Shown here piece by piece: positions 14,801 to 27,230 of a DNA stretch of 64,000 bases. The position numbers were made by a program, and so were the translations under genes. Location: contig OZ024752.1 of the NCBI GenBank assembly GCA_964016885.1, positions 11,098,001 through 11,162,000 on the forward strand. The letters run 5' to 3'. Numbering within the stretch: the first letter of the stretch is position 1; each line of letters opens with the position of its first letter. This stretch comes from Eledone cirrhosa. Taxonomy: Eukaryota. The notes under the pieces are model-generated. The model was not told the DNA's origin, did no database searches, and was given only the letters and a program-made list of their open reading frames with translations.

Positions 14801-15215
14801 TTCGCGTCACATGCCATTTTTTTTTCCTGCGTTTGATTGTTTATATAAGAGTTGTGCAGTAAGCCACTGTTTCGTAATATTATCGATTAGTTGCCAATAT
14901 ATATATAATCATCGTTATCATGACAATTATATAACCTGTTTCACCCCATTTTTGGTGTAGTTGGATTGGCAGAATCGGTTGAGCAACAGAGTTTGCCATG
15001 TGGGTTATATTCGTGCTATTGGTTTTTTTTTTTATTTAAATCCCTTCAGGTTGTTTCTGTGAACTTGATTGTTTATCGATGGCTGTTGATAACATGTCGC
15101 AGCTAAATACTGTCATCGATTTAATAGACATTACATCTCTCACCTACCCCTATGCCTGGCTTAAATATTCTTATATGAAATAATTCAAATATACTAAATA
15201 GTTAATGTTGTGTGC

Positions 15216-15277
<62 letters not shown>

Positions 15278-15421
15278 CATACATACATATATAGGGAGTG
15301 TAACATCGATAGAGTCGGGTAAGATTGATACAGATCGAACCTTGAGCTGATCAGTGGCGAAACGCGCGTCACCTACCATTAAATGTAATGAAGGAGTAAC
15401 CAATCGTCCTTGTTATCCTTT

Positions 15422-15460
<39 letters not shown>

Positions 15461-15503
15461 AATAACAGGAGGCTGCACTAGTGTAATTCCTTAAAAGGTT
15501 TAT

Positions 15504-15563
15504 TATACTATGATCATTTCAATCACCGGGTTTAGTATGAATCCGGTGGCATCATCAGGTGTT
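15504..15563 (-). ncRNA. Minimal hammerhead ribozyme (family E), stem III palindrome ATGATCAT
   Basis: Minus strand aacacCTGATGAtgccaccggattcatactaaacccggtgattGAAAtgatcaTAgtata; stem II caccgg/ccggtg; stem I has one mismatch; lies within a TA-flanked element at about 15455-15660. Confidence 0.7.
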
Positions 15564-15660
15564 CAAAATATAACAAAGGAATATAATAGACAAAATCCAT
15601 GGCGCTGAAAATCAGAGACATGAGGACGACCGAACATTTAGAAGCTTCTATCCCGATATC

Positions 15661-15695
<35 letters not shown>

Positions 15696-15699
15696 CGGG

Positions 15700-16370
15700 T
15701 CCGAATACAATGGAACCAAACTCTCACTGCCTCTGTCTCTCCATCTCTCGGTATTACGAGCAAATGGGGACCCATGCGCTGGTCACGCCGCGACCCTCGC
15801 GAACAGAATAGAGTGTTTCAGATTTCAGAGAAGGTGTTTACCCGAGGATGGTGAGGCAGGCTCGCTGGAAGATACCATTCCAGCTCGCAAGGTTCACACC
15901 TCCGGGTGGTCAACTCCGTGCCGATGGTGGTCAGTAGGGAGATGGTCCTCGGGCCAAGGACACCAGAAGATACGAAACCTCTACCATCATCATCATCGTT
16001 GACAGAGTCTACCTAGTCAATTCGAACACGATGGAACCAAACTCCCACTGTCACTGCCTCCGTCTCTGTCTCTCCACCTCTCGGTATTACGAGCAAATGG
16101 GGACCCATGCGCTGGTCACGCCGCGACCCTCGCGAACAGAATAGAGGTGTTTCAGATTTCAGAGAAGGTGTTTACCCGAGGATGGTGAGGCAGGCTCGCT
16201 GGAAGAGCCATTCCAGCTCACGAGGTTCACACTTCGAGGTGGTCAACTCCGTGCCGATGGTGGACAGTAGGGAGATGGTCCAAGGGCCAAGGACACCAGA
16301 AGATACTAAACCTCTACCATCATCATCATCATCATCATTGTTATTGTTGACAGAGTCTACCCAGTCAATT
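15700..16370 (-). mobile_element. Two tandem 3' fragments of a CRE-like (RLE endonuclease) non-LTR retrotransposon
   Basis: 15705-16020 and 16021-16370 are duplicates; the minus strand translates as GVLGPRTISLLTTIGTELTTRRCEP..EW; homologous to 21080-21330. Confidence 0.7.
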
Positions 16371-16581
16371 GTAAAATAATGAAACGGCCAGATTTTCTGT
16401 GATCTACTTTTGAAAATCTAAATTCTACAAGTGAATCATTTTGAAATCAATATTATCGCTACCAATCAATATTATCGCTACCAATCAATATTATCGCTAC
16501 CAATCAATACTCCCGTCTCTATTAGACTATATCCTTACAAGGTACCCTAGAAATGATTAGCCAAGAGCCAATATAATTAAG

Positions 16582-16627
16582 CATCATCACCATCGTTGTC
16601 ATCGTCGTTGTCATCGTCGTTGTCATC

Positions 16628-16669
<42 letters not shown>

Positions 16670-16705
16670 ATCGTTGTCATCGTTGTCATCGTTGTCGTTG
16701 TCGTT

Positions 16706-16736
<31 letters not shown>

Positions 16737-16855
16737 GCGTCGTCGTCGTCGTCATCGTCATCGTCGTTGTCATCGTCGTTGTCATCGTCGTTGTCATCGT
16801 CGTTGTCATCGTCGTTGTCATCGTCGTTGTCATCGTCGTCATCGTCGTCGTTATT
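16582..16855. repeat. (GTC/CAT/GTT)n trinucleotide-based tract
   Basis: Direct reading; source of the poly-D/T/S ORFs. Confidence 0.95.
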
Positions 16856-16896
16856 GTTCCATATTCTTTTCAATTCTCACTTTAATTTTCTCCTGG

Positions 16897-17062
16897 TTAT
16901 TATTATTTGTATTAAAATTGCGTGACCTCACGACATTACCGAGCACTGCTTTGTGTGTCTTGGGTATGTGCACAGTTGTTTTGGCTGTTGCATTTTCTCT
17001 TGTATGAAGAGTAATCTTTGTAATTTGTGTGCAATGCCTAGTGGTACTGTTTTCCGTATGCC
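16897..17062 (-). mobile_element. Probable 3' end of an R4/Dong-like non-LTR element
   Basis: Minus strand reads IRKTVPLGIAHKLQRLLFIQ, resembling the C-terminal QK..LLGTAHILRK.L motif, followed by a short UTR and (ATA)n. Confidence 0.45.
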
Positions 17063-17214
17063 AGATATATACATAGTAAAATAAAACAAGGACGTTTAGT
17101 TACTCCTATAATACATTCTGTCTAGCTCTACACCTCGACACAAAAGTGAACATAAACAACGAGTGCTCACTCGGGTGAACCTACAGTAACTCCAATTTAC
17201 ACTGCCTGGCTATA

Positions 17215-17249
<35 letters not shown>

Positions 17250-17429
17250 TGTTTAGCAAGATTCTTTATCTGAAAATGTGTGTTGAAACCGATATTGTTA
17301 TGCTTTGGGAGGGTCATGTCCCAATAAGAAATTTATAAATTCTTAAATTTATAAATTTAATTTATAATAAATTGGAGTGAAAGCAACTGGTGCGTGTGTT
17401 TCTTATTGGCAACATGGCCCTCCCAAAGC

Positions 17430-17466
<37 letters not shown>

Positions 17467-17574
17467 AATGTTTCAGGATAGAATGGCCAGACAGATTTTA
17501 CGGGCTTAACCAGATGGCTGGAGGTTTGGATATGTATCTATATGTATCATTCACAGTCCGTTTATTTATCTATC

Positions 17575-18415
17575 TTCTCCTTCTTCGCCTACTTATTCCT
17601 GAGAGGGCCGTGGTGGTTGAGTCGCTAAACACTCCTTCCAGCGGATCTTGTCAGAAGCAACTGTTTTCAACAGATCCGGCTGGATCCGCATACGAGACCA
17701 GCCAAGCACATGCATGTTATCGAACCATTTTACTCAAGGTCTACGCTTGGCTCTCCTGTCGATTGGTTTTGCCCGTAAAATCTGTCCAGTAATTCTTTCC
17801 CGAGACATTCTAACCACAGGCCTATAGTATCAGAGCAGTGATCTCTAAATTCAGAGAAGTAGTGGCTCTATCTGGAGTGACGCTCCGGTGATTCTTTCCT
17901 GAGCCATTCTAACCACAGGCCTATAGTATCGGAGCTGTGATCTCTCAATTCGGGGAAGCATCAGCTCTACCTGGAGTGACGCTCCAGTGATTCTTTCCTG
18001 AGCCATTCTAACCACATGCCTATAGTATCGGAGCTGTGATCTCTCAATTCGGGGAAGCATCAGCTCTACCTGGAGTGACGCTCCAGTGATTCTTTCCTGA
18101 GCCATTCTAACCACATGCCTATAGTATCGGAGCTGTGATCTCTCAATTCGGGGAAGCATCAGCTCTACCTGGAGTGACGCTCCAGTGATTCTTTCCTGAG
18201 CCATTCTAACCACATGCCTATAGTATCGGAGCTGTGATCTCTCAATTCGGGGAAGCATCAGCTCTACCTGGAGTGACGCTCCAGTGATTCTTTCCTAAGC
18301 CATGCTAACCACATGCCTATAGTATCGGAGCTGTGATCTCTCAATTCGGGGAAGTATCAGCTCTACCTGGAGTGACGCTCCAGTGATTCTTTCCTTAGCC
18401 ATAGTGTCGGGGCTG
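17575..18415 (-). mobile_element. RTE-clade LINE 3' fragment whose internal 99-bp segment is tandemly amplified about 6x
   Basis: ORF 17851-18258 repeats MLPRIERSQLRYYRHVVRMAQERITGASLQVEL (33 aa), matching the RTE post-RT motif R..QLRW.GHV.RM..ER; the 3' part resembles 27365-27655. Confidence 0.8.
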
Positions 18416-18659
18416 TGATCTTTATGGTTAGATCATTTTTCCATTTTAATGAAAGATATATGATCGTCTCTGGGGATAGAAGTCAGTTGTTTTTTTTTAG
18501 ATTTTTGACTATAATATCCGACCGGTTAACTTTATCTCGCTTTCTGTATATATTGACATATTTCAGAGGTGGTTTACTTTGTCATTCTCTGACAAACAAC
18601 TGGTGTATATCTGCACCACGATTTATATTCTGTTGGTATTTCGTAATGTTGACATTGAT

Positions 18660-18905
18660 GTTATTGCTGTTATTACTACAACTAATACTATTACTGCTGC
18701 TACAACTACTACTGCTGCTACTACTACTACTACTACTGTTGCTGCTACAAAATCTACTATTGCTGCTATTACTACTACTTTTGCTACTACTCATACTACT
18801 ATTACTACAGCTACTGCTGCTTCTACTACTAATACTAATACGGCTACTACTGCTGCTTTTACTACTACTACCTCTACTTCTACTGTTACTACTACTTCTG
18901 CTACG
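18660..18905. repeat. (ACT/GCT)n low-complexity tract
   Basis: Direct reading. Confidence 0.9.
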
Positions 18906-19479
18906 TTTTTCTCCTTTTTAGAATACGGGAATTTGGATTACTAAATACCAAGTTATCTTCTGCAGTCTTGAGTAACTATCTGTTTCCGTATAGTACTTGC
19001 TGGTGTAAGTAAACATCCCTTCTGTAGAAATTCCCCTCTAAATCCAACTTCTTCAACCAGCCAGCGTGGGTTGATAACGATGTTGCGGCAATTACACATA
19101 TACTTCATTTCAGGTTTTGGTACTTTCTGTTTTCTCTCGTTCTTTGTCAACCACTCTAGAATCAAATGATGAAACATCGATTAGCCTACCTCTTTGGTTC
19201 CCAAAGTGGGTTCCTCAAAGGAATTTCTAGGGTTCCATTAAAAATGTCGAGGAGTATATTACGGCCATATAACAGTATCAGACTTTGCGGTTCCCCAAAA
19301 ATGTTCTTAACCAAAAGGGTCCCGTGTGTGAAAAAGAAATGGGGAAAACCTGGCCTTCACCCTCTTTACTCTTTATTAAGTATAACGATCTCTGAATATG
19401 AATGTTCCATTCTGTAATCCTCTTTAACTTATTTTACATTGTTGATTCAAGGACACATTTTCGTTTGTGGCCATGTCAT

Positions 19480-19612
19480 TTCTTAGCAGGTTTAAATTCA
19501 AAAGATTTACACATTCGCCAATGTAAGATTTCTGCTGCATTGTCGTGACTCCAGTTCGTATGTTTTTGAAGAACAATATCTTGCATTCAGAGACATTACA
19601 CGCCTCGCTCAT
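19480..19612 (-). mobile_element. Decayed RLE-type (R4/Dong-like) LINE fragment, zinc-knuckle region
   Basis: Minus strand gives ..VSEC.. and, after a frameshift, HDNAAEILHWRMC, similar to HIVSEC...RHDNVA..IHW.LC. Confidence 0.45.
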
Positions 19613-20094
19613 TTAACCTCTATTAGCTCTCATCCCCTCTCTTTCCTGCTTAAGTTTAGCCTACATATCCAACCATGTGTGTAAAGGCCCTTTGTATTTT
19701 CATCACCCTCTCCGCTTTTCTATCAAACTTTTCGATTTTTTTTTTAGTCCATTTTAATTATCCTGCGCAATATTTGAGGGTGAATATTGCTCTTGAGTTC
19801 ATATCTCTCATTGGATACGTGCCATTGAAGTTATCCCTTCATTTCCTTCGAAGTTACTCTTTCCTGATTCTGCTTTCCATTAGACCATCTTCTATCCATC
19901 AGTTTTCAAAGCCCCCAGATATTTGTATTTATGATCTGTATCAATTTTTTGGATCTTCTATTCGTTTGGTAAAGACATCCCCTAGCATTTATTATATTGC
20001 CTCACATCCTCAAGGATTCCACATTTGGAAATATTTAACCCCAGTTTGATGCCATTGCTAAATAATCGCACTGAGCTGAGAAATGTCATTATTT

Positions 20095-20350
20095 CTTTCA
20101 AATTCGTGCCATACAATGTGTCGTGAGTTTGATTCCTGGGCTGGGTTGCATGTTTTGTTCTTGAGCAAAACACTTCATTTCACGTTACTCCAGTATACTC
20201 AGCTGAAAATGAGTACCAGCAATAGTTAGTGGTTTAACCGTCCTGTTCCGGGGGGGGGGGGGAGTCTTGTACTCTGTCAATTCTCGCCCCACGAAAACTG
20301 AGATAAGCGCCAGCCCGATGAGCCTCAGAACTCGAGAACGGCTTTAGACT
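20095..20350 (+). mobile_element. Second SINE family (CORE-like central domain)
   Basis: gtgagtttgattcctgggctggg...gttcttgagcaaaacacttcatttcacgttactccagtatactcagctg; related to 32285-32390 (+) and 57000-57115 (-). Confidence 0.6.
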
Positions 20351-20559
20351 TTAGACCTACATGAATAGCATGGCCTCAGAGTCTCGGCTAGAACACGTTA
20401 AAAAATATATAGTGGGCGTGATAAGCTATCACCTTGAAAGATCATCTGATTTATTTTCAAACACCTGAGTTATCCCCTGCTGTTGCTGCGCCTCTCGACA
20501 CTGTTAACGTTGTTATTTTTGTTTTAGTTTTCGTCTTTCGTGTCATATTTTTAAAAGAG

Positions 20560-20772
20560 CGGTGTGTTGGCAATATCAGTAGAGTGTCGGACACCATGCT
20601 TCATAACAGTGCTACACCCCTTTACATCCTGAAGTCAAATCCTGCTGAGCTTAGCGTTGCCTTTCACCCTTACGGTGTCGACAAAATAAAACACCTGTAA
20701 AGTAATGGGCTTGATATAATTAACCACCCCTTCCTCAAACATTGTTAGCCTTTTGCCTAAACCAGAAACAAT
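20560..20772 (+). mobile_element. Degenerate tRNA-derived SINE
   Basis: ttggcaatatcagtagagtgtcggacaccatgc...gcctttcacccttacggtgtcgacaaaataaa. Confidence 0.75.
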
Positions 20773-20964
20773 ATATTTCGAAAAGATGGCGTAATACTCC
20801 TATTATTCTCCATGTTGTTGTTGGTGTAATTGTTGTGGTGTTGACATTACAATGGCAGTTTCCCCTTCGTCACGGCCGACCTCACTACAATTATTATCCT
20901 TTTGTTTAGAATTGTCATACTTCTGATCATACCATCGCCATCAGCATTAGACATCATCATCACC

Positions 20965-21332
20965 AGCATTAATCTAGCGGCAACCTGGTGCTGTCAGCGA
21001 CTGACCCAAGCTCTGCTGCACTTCGAGCCGAAGCGGGTAAACACTCCAAATACCGCTCGCTCGCCGACAGGTTTGCAGTCGAACTTGTTTCAGTGGAGAT
21101 TGCTGGTGTCCTTGGCCCTAGGGCCACCTCCCTACACACCACCAACGGTAGAGAGTTGGCTACCCGCTGGAGTGAGCCTCGCAAGGTGGAATGGCTCTTC
21201 CAGCGCGTCTCCCTTACCATCCTCCAGGGAAACACATTCACGTGGACCCTCATTTACTCGATAGTGAGAGATGGAGGGAATGAAAAAGATAAAAGATCGA
21301 GACAGTGACAGTGGGAGTTTGGTACCTTTGTG
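20965..21332 (+). mobile_element. CRE-clade non-LTR retrotransposon 3' fragment (restriction-like endonuclease C-terminus and 3' UTR)
   Basis: ORF 20988-21308 SAALRAEAGKHSKYRSLADRFAVELVSVEIAGVLGP...EPRKVEWLFQRVSLTILQGN fits the CRE-type A..AE..K..KY...F.P.AVET.G..G...WL.QRLS.AI.RGN pattern. Confidence 0.8.
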
Positions 21333-21342
21333 CACGGAGCTG

Positions 21343-21398
<56 letters not shown>

Positions 21399-21401
<3 letters not shown>

Positions 21402-21810
21402 GGAGGTGAGTTTTATTGTAGTACAATAAAGCAATGCAGATATCGGATAAGAAGCACTCTACAGTTTGTGGGACTGGAGTATGCATAATATAAGATCAAA
21501 AGATGGTTAAAGGAGTTCCATATATTTTATTATGCGCATTTCAAAAACAAACATCATCAAGCAATAATATTTGTGTTTTCATCAGATAAAACAGGAGAAC
21601 ATGATATGAAGGCCAAAAAACACTTGTTGATAGTGCAGTTTTAAATCAACATGTTGATTTAAAACTGCACTATCAACAAGTGTTTTTTGGCCTTCATATC
21701 ATGTTCTCCTGTTTTATCTGATGAAAACACAAATATTATTGCTTGATGATGTTTGTTTTTGAAATGCGCATAATAAAATATATGGAACTCCTTTAACCAT
21801 CTTTTGATCT

Positions 21811-21818
<8 letters not shown>
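21399..21818. mobile_element. Family B element with a perfect 334-bp palindrome carrying hammerheads on both strands
   Basis: Arms 21485-21651 and 21652-21818, centre AACA|TGTT; hammerhead + at 21711-21779 (CTGATGA 21718, GAAA 21761) and - at 21524-21592. Confidence 0.9.
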
Positions 21819-21839
<21 letters not shown>

Positions 21840-21846
<7 letters not shown>

Positions 21847-21859
21847 CGGAGCTGGTGTA

Positions 21860-21927
<68 letters not shown>

Positions 21928-21932
21928 AGCTG

Positions 21933-21970
<38 letters not shown>

Positions 21971-24442
21971 GAGCTGGTATATATATGTACATATTTCGGA
22001 GCTGATGTATATATATGTACATATTTCGGAGCTGATGTATATATTTCAGAGTTGGTGTATATATATATGTATATATTTCAGAGCTGGAGTATATATGTAT
22101 ATATTTCAGAGTTGGTGTATATATATATGTATATATTTCAGAGCTGGAGTATATATGTATATATTTCAGAGTTGGTGTATATATATATGTATATATTTCA
22201 GAGCTGGAGTATATATGTACATATTTCAGAGCTGGAGTATATATGTACATATTTCGGAGCTGGTGTATATATGTATATATTTCGGAGCTGGTGTATATAT
22301 ATATATATATATATATTTCGGAGCTGGTGTATATATGTATATATTTCGGAGCTGGTGTATATATGTATATATTTCGGAGCTGGTGTATATATGTATATAT
22401 TTCGGAGCTGGTGTATATATGTATATATTTCGGAGCTGGTGTATATATATGTATATATTTCGGAGCTGGTGTATATATGTATATATTTCGGAGCTGGTGT
22501 ATATATATGTATATATTTCGGAGCTGGTGTATATATGTATATATTTCGGAGCTGGTGTATATATGTATATATTTCGGAGCTGGTGTATATATGTATATAT
22601 TTCGGAGCTGGTATATATGTACATATTTCGGAGCTGGTGTATATATATGTATATATTTCGGAGCTGGTGTATATATATGTATATATTTCAGAGCTGGTGT
22701 ATATATGTATATATTTCAGAGCTGGTGTATATATGTATATATTTCAGAGCTGGTGTATATATATGTATATATTTCGGAGCTGGTGTATATATATGTATAT
22801 ATTTCGGAGCTGGTGTATATATATGTATATATTTCGGAGTTGGTGTATATATATATATATATATTTCGAAGCTGGTGTATATATATATATATATATATAT
22901 TTCGAAGCTGGTGTATATATATATATATATATATTTCGAAGCTGGTGTATATATGTATATATTTCGAAGCTGGTGTATATATATATATATATATATTTCG
23001 AAGCTTGTGTATATATGTATATATTTCGAAGCTGGTGTATATATATATATATATATATTTCGAAGCTGGTGTATATATGTATATATTTCAGAGCTGGTGT
23101 ATATATGTATATATTTCAGAGCTGGTGTATATATGTATATATTTCAGAGCTGGTGTATATGTATACATTTCAGAGCTGGTGTATATATAATTTTCGGAGC
23201 TGGTGTATATATGTATATATTTCGGAGCTGGTGTGTATATATATATATATATTTCGGAGCTGGTGTATATATGTATATATTTCAGAGCTGGTGTATATAT
23301 GTATATATTTCGGAGCTGGTGTATATATGTATATATTTCGGAGCTGTTGTATATATATGTATATATTTCAGAGCTGGTGTATATATATGTATATCTTTCA
23401 GAGCTGTTATACATATGTATATATTTAGGATCTGGTGTATATGTATACATTTAGGATCTAGTGTATATGTATACATTTAGGATCTAGTGTATATGTATAC
23501 ATTTAGGATCTAGTGTATATGTATACATTTAGGATCTAGTGTATATGTATACATTTCGCAGCTGGTGTATATATATATATGTATATATTTCAGATCTGGT
23601 GTATATATATATATGTATATATTTCAGATCTGGTGTATATATATGTATATATTTCAGAGCTGGTGTATATATATATATACATTTCGGAGCTGGAGTATAT
23701 ATATATGTATATATTTCGGAGTTGGTGTATATATATGTATATATTTCGGAGTTGGTGTATATATATGTATATATATTTCGGAGTTGGTGTATATATATGT
23801 ATATATATTTCGGAGTTGGTGTATATATATGTATATATATTTCGGAGTTGGTGTATATATATGTATATATATTTCGGAGTTGGTGTATATATATGTATAT
23901 ATATTTCGGAGTTGGTGTATATATATGTATATATATTTCGGAGTTGGTGTATATATATGTATATATATTTCGGAATTGGTGTATATATATGTATATATAT
24001 TTCGGAGTTGGTGTGTATATATATGTATATATATTTCGGAGTTGGTGTGTATATATATGTATATATATTTCAGAGCTGGTGTATATGTACATATTTCAGA
24101 GCTGGTGTATATATGTATATATTTCGGAGCTGGTGTATATATGTATATATTTCGGAGCTGGTGTATATATGTATATATTTCGGAGCTGGTGTATATATGT
24201 ATATATTTCGGAGCTGGTGTATATATGTATATATTTCGGAGCTGGTGTATATGTATATATTTCGGAGCTGGTATATATGTACATATTTCGGAGCTGGTGT
24301 ATATATATGTATATATTTCGGAGCTGGTGTATATATATGTATATATTTCGGAGCTGGTGTATATGTACATATTTCAGAGCTGGTGTGTATATATATATAT
24401 ATATTTCAGAGCTGGTGTATATATGTATATATTTCGGAGCTG

Positions 24443-24478
<36 letters not shown>

Positions 24479-24497
24479 CGGAGCTGGTGTATATGTG

Positions 24498-24546
<49 letters not shown>

Positions 24547-24553
24547 CGGAGCT

Positions 24554-24560
<7 letters not shown>
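21840..24560. repeat. Satellite of about 26-32 bp: TTTCRGAGCTGGTG plus a TA-rich spacer
   Basis: Dozens of units with variant blocks (GAAGCTGG about 22865-23070, GGATCTAG about 23430-23540, GAGTTGG about 23715-24050). Confidence 0.95.
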
Positions 24561-24606
<46 letters not shown>

Positions 24607-24612
<6 letters not shown>

Positions 24613-24985
24613 GGAGAAAGAGACGATTATGAGGAAGAAAAATATATTTTTTTCCTTTTTCATTTTACTTCTTAAACCTTGTTTGTATATAACATTATTC
24701 TTTCTGCACCTTATGTTTAACATGTGCGACACCACACTAATACATTTCACTATCGTTTGATAATGCATATAAATGCAGAAACCGGTAATAGACAATAATT
24801 AAATATATAAATAGATAAATAAATGCCATTGTTAATTAATAAATAAATCAACTAATACCTTAACACTTCACACAAAGTAAAACATTTCGTTTTAATCATT
24901 TTCTAACCCAGAAAATTGAGAGAGACAAAAAAAAGGAAAAGAAATATATTTTTCTTCCTCATAATCCTCTCTTTCTCCCTATTTT
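24607..24985 (+). mobile_element. TA-flanked element with about 54-bp inverted ends and an internal U3-A8 hammerhead-like core
   Basis: aaatagggagaaagagacgattatgaggaagaaaaatata mirrored at 24928-24985; TTGATAA(24757)-tgcat/atgca-GAAA(24778)-ccgg-TA; stem I weak. Confidence 0.7.
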
Positions 24986-25072
24986 CATATATATAAATAT
25001 ATATATATAGATATATATATATATATATATATATCCTAACTTGTGTGCCTCCTCTCCACATTTTATTATTAT

Positions 25073-25260
25073 TGGATTGGCAGTATCGATAGAGGGTCGG
25101 ACACCATGCTTTGGCGCATAGAGTTACGTCCCTTGTCATTCTGAGTTCAAATCCCGCCGAGGTTAACTTTGCCGTTCATTCTCACGGGGTCGATGAAATA
25201 AAGTACCAGTAATGCACTGGGTAATTGCTGGCCTTGTGCCAAAAGTAGAAACAATTATTA
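25073..25260 (+). mobile_element. tRNA-derived SINE, near full length
   Basis: Consensus match with A and B boxes. Confidence 0.92.
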
Positions 25261-25269
25261 TATATATTT

Positions 25270-25538
25270 CTACGGCATCCAGCCATAAAAAACCCGCCAG
25301 ACGAGTAGGTGTCACGACAAAAAAACAGTCCACGCTGTAATGTGGCCGTGTAGGTAACAAGGTAAAAACCTCCCAATCCACACTGTAAACGTGGTTGGTT
25401 TTAGGAAGGGCATCCAGCTGTAGAAAACCTGCCAGACAGTCCTATACGAGCATGACAACCAATCTTGCCTCAAGTGGGAAAACTCCCGTCCAAACCCATG
25501 CAAGCGTGGAAGAAGGACGTTAAACGATGATGATGATA
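25270..25538 (+). mobile_element. SINE with an RTE-type 3' tail ending in (GAT)n
   Basis: cccgtccaaacccatgcaagcgtggaagaaggacgttaaacgatgatgatga resembles the RTE 3' end at 41856-41912 (-). Confidence 0.7.
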
Positions 25539-25837
25539 TATATATATATATATATATATATATTTCGCAGCTGGTGTATATGTATATATTTATTTACTGC
25601 TCCACATAACCACACCTTATCGTCACGTGCTTTGTCACCATGATGATGATGATCATCATCATCATCATCATCAGAAGCAACTTCCACACTCACCCCCTTA
25701 ATCTACTACCATGACAGTAACAGCAACATCAACAACACTTGTTCATCCGTATCACCAAGCTTTAGCTAAGGTTGTCATAGTAACGACCACAATCATTATT
25801 TACATTTTCACGCATGTGGGAGTAAACGCTTCCAATG

Positions 25838-25879
25838 TTAGTGGTAGTAGTAGTAATAGTAGTAGTAATAGTAGGAACG

Positions 25880-25910
<31 letters not shown>

Positions 25911-26112
25911 AAGTAGTAGTAACGGTAGTAGTAGTAATAGTAGTAGTAGTAGTAACGATAGTAGTAGTAGTAGTAATAGTAGTAGTAGTAGTAGTAACGA
26001 TAGTAGTAGTAGTAATAGTAGTAGTAGTAGTAGTAACGATAGTAGTAGTAGTAGTAGTAGTAACGATAGTAGTAGTAGTAGTAGTAGTAGTAACGATAGT
26101 AGTAGTAGTAAC

Positions 26113-26149
<37 letters not shown>

Positions 26150-26442
26150 ACAGTAGTAGTAGTAACAGTAGTAGCAACGGTAGTAGTAGTAGTAACAGTA
26201 GTAGTAATAGTAGTAGCACCGGTAGTAGTAGTAGTAGCAACAGTAGTAGTATTAGTAGTTACACCGGTAGTAGTAGCATCAGTAGTAGCAACAGTAGTAG
26301 TAGTAGTAGTAGCAACGGTAGTAGTGGTAGTGGTAGTAGTAGTAGCACCGGTAGTAGTAGCAACAGTAGTAGCACCGGTAACAGTAGTAGTAGTAGTAAC
26401 AGTAGTAGTAGCAACAGTAGTAGTAGTAGTAGTAGTGGTAGT
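25838..26442. repeat. (AGT)n-based tract
   Basis: Direct reading; source of the poly-S/V/L ORFs. Confidence 0.97.
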
Positions 26443-26776
26443 ATATTGTTACAGCTCCGTCGGCCGTGGAACGCTGGTTACTTCAACAACTCTGCCATAT
26501 CTACATAGCAACTGCATAGCAACACTAAAATTAGGAAAAAACTGAATTGACAATCGTGGCGGTGGTGGTGGTGGTGTTGATTAAGATGGTGTCAATGGTA
26601 ATACTGGTGGTTTTGGTTGCTCCACTGCCGCTGCTGCTGGCGGTGGTGGTGGTGTTGTTGTCAATGACGGGACTAGTTCTATCGCTGCTACTGATTATGT
26701 TCTTTTTTTATGTGTGTTTTGAATGTTCTTTTCCCGCCGGGGAGGGGTACGATGTACTTGCTTTACAAGCGAAAAA

Positions 26777-27230
26777 TAATTGTTTCTACTTTAGGCACAA
26801 GGGCAGCAATTATCCCAGTGTATTACAGGTACTTTATTTTATCGACCCCGTAAGGATGAAAGACAAAGTTAACAAGCTAGAAATAATAGTCACAATTCCC
26901 ACAAACCACGTTCTATCGTTTAATAAAGATGACAGGCAGATTAGATAATGCAGATCTAAGTACATTATACGTGAAATGGCAGGTGTACTGGGCATGATTG
27001 GAACGTCGTTCATGATATTTTTGGCATCTCAATCCTGCACTTCAATCATTAAATACGTCCGACACTATTAGATCCTGAGTTCCGAGTTCACATCCCGCCG
27101 TGATTAACTTTACCTTTCATCCTTACTAGATCGATAAATTAAAGTTCCAGTAACGTATTGGGGTCGATTTAATCGACTTCCCCTGCCCCCAGGTCTTTGG
27201 ACTTGTGCTTAAAATCAGAAACCATTATTA
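26777..27230. mobile_element. Two tRNA-SINE fragments (26777-26873 -, 27075-27230 +)
   Basis: Consensus match. Confidence 0.8.

Noticed and set aside
21596-21640. SECIS-like ATGA..AA..GA in family B (selenoprotein-encoding PLEs exist)
   Set aside because: Antisense to the ribozyme of that arm and lacks the required 11-13 bp helix
21840-24560. Conserved repeat with variable spacers resembling a CRISPR array
   Set aside because: Spacers are only TA/TG runs of varying length
24607-24985. Tc1/mariner MITE interpretation (inverted ends flanked by TA)
   Set aside because: Not excluded, but the internal hammerhead-like core and the pattern of neighbouring elements favour a PLE-type inversion
25073-25160. 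tRNA genes at SINE heads
   Set aside because: A/B boxes are present but there is no cloverleaf; followed by SINE body, tail and TSDs
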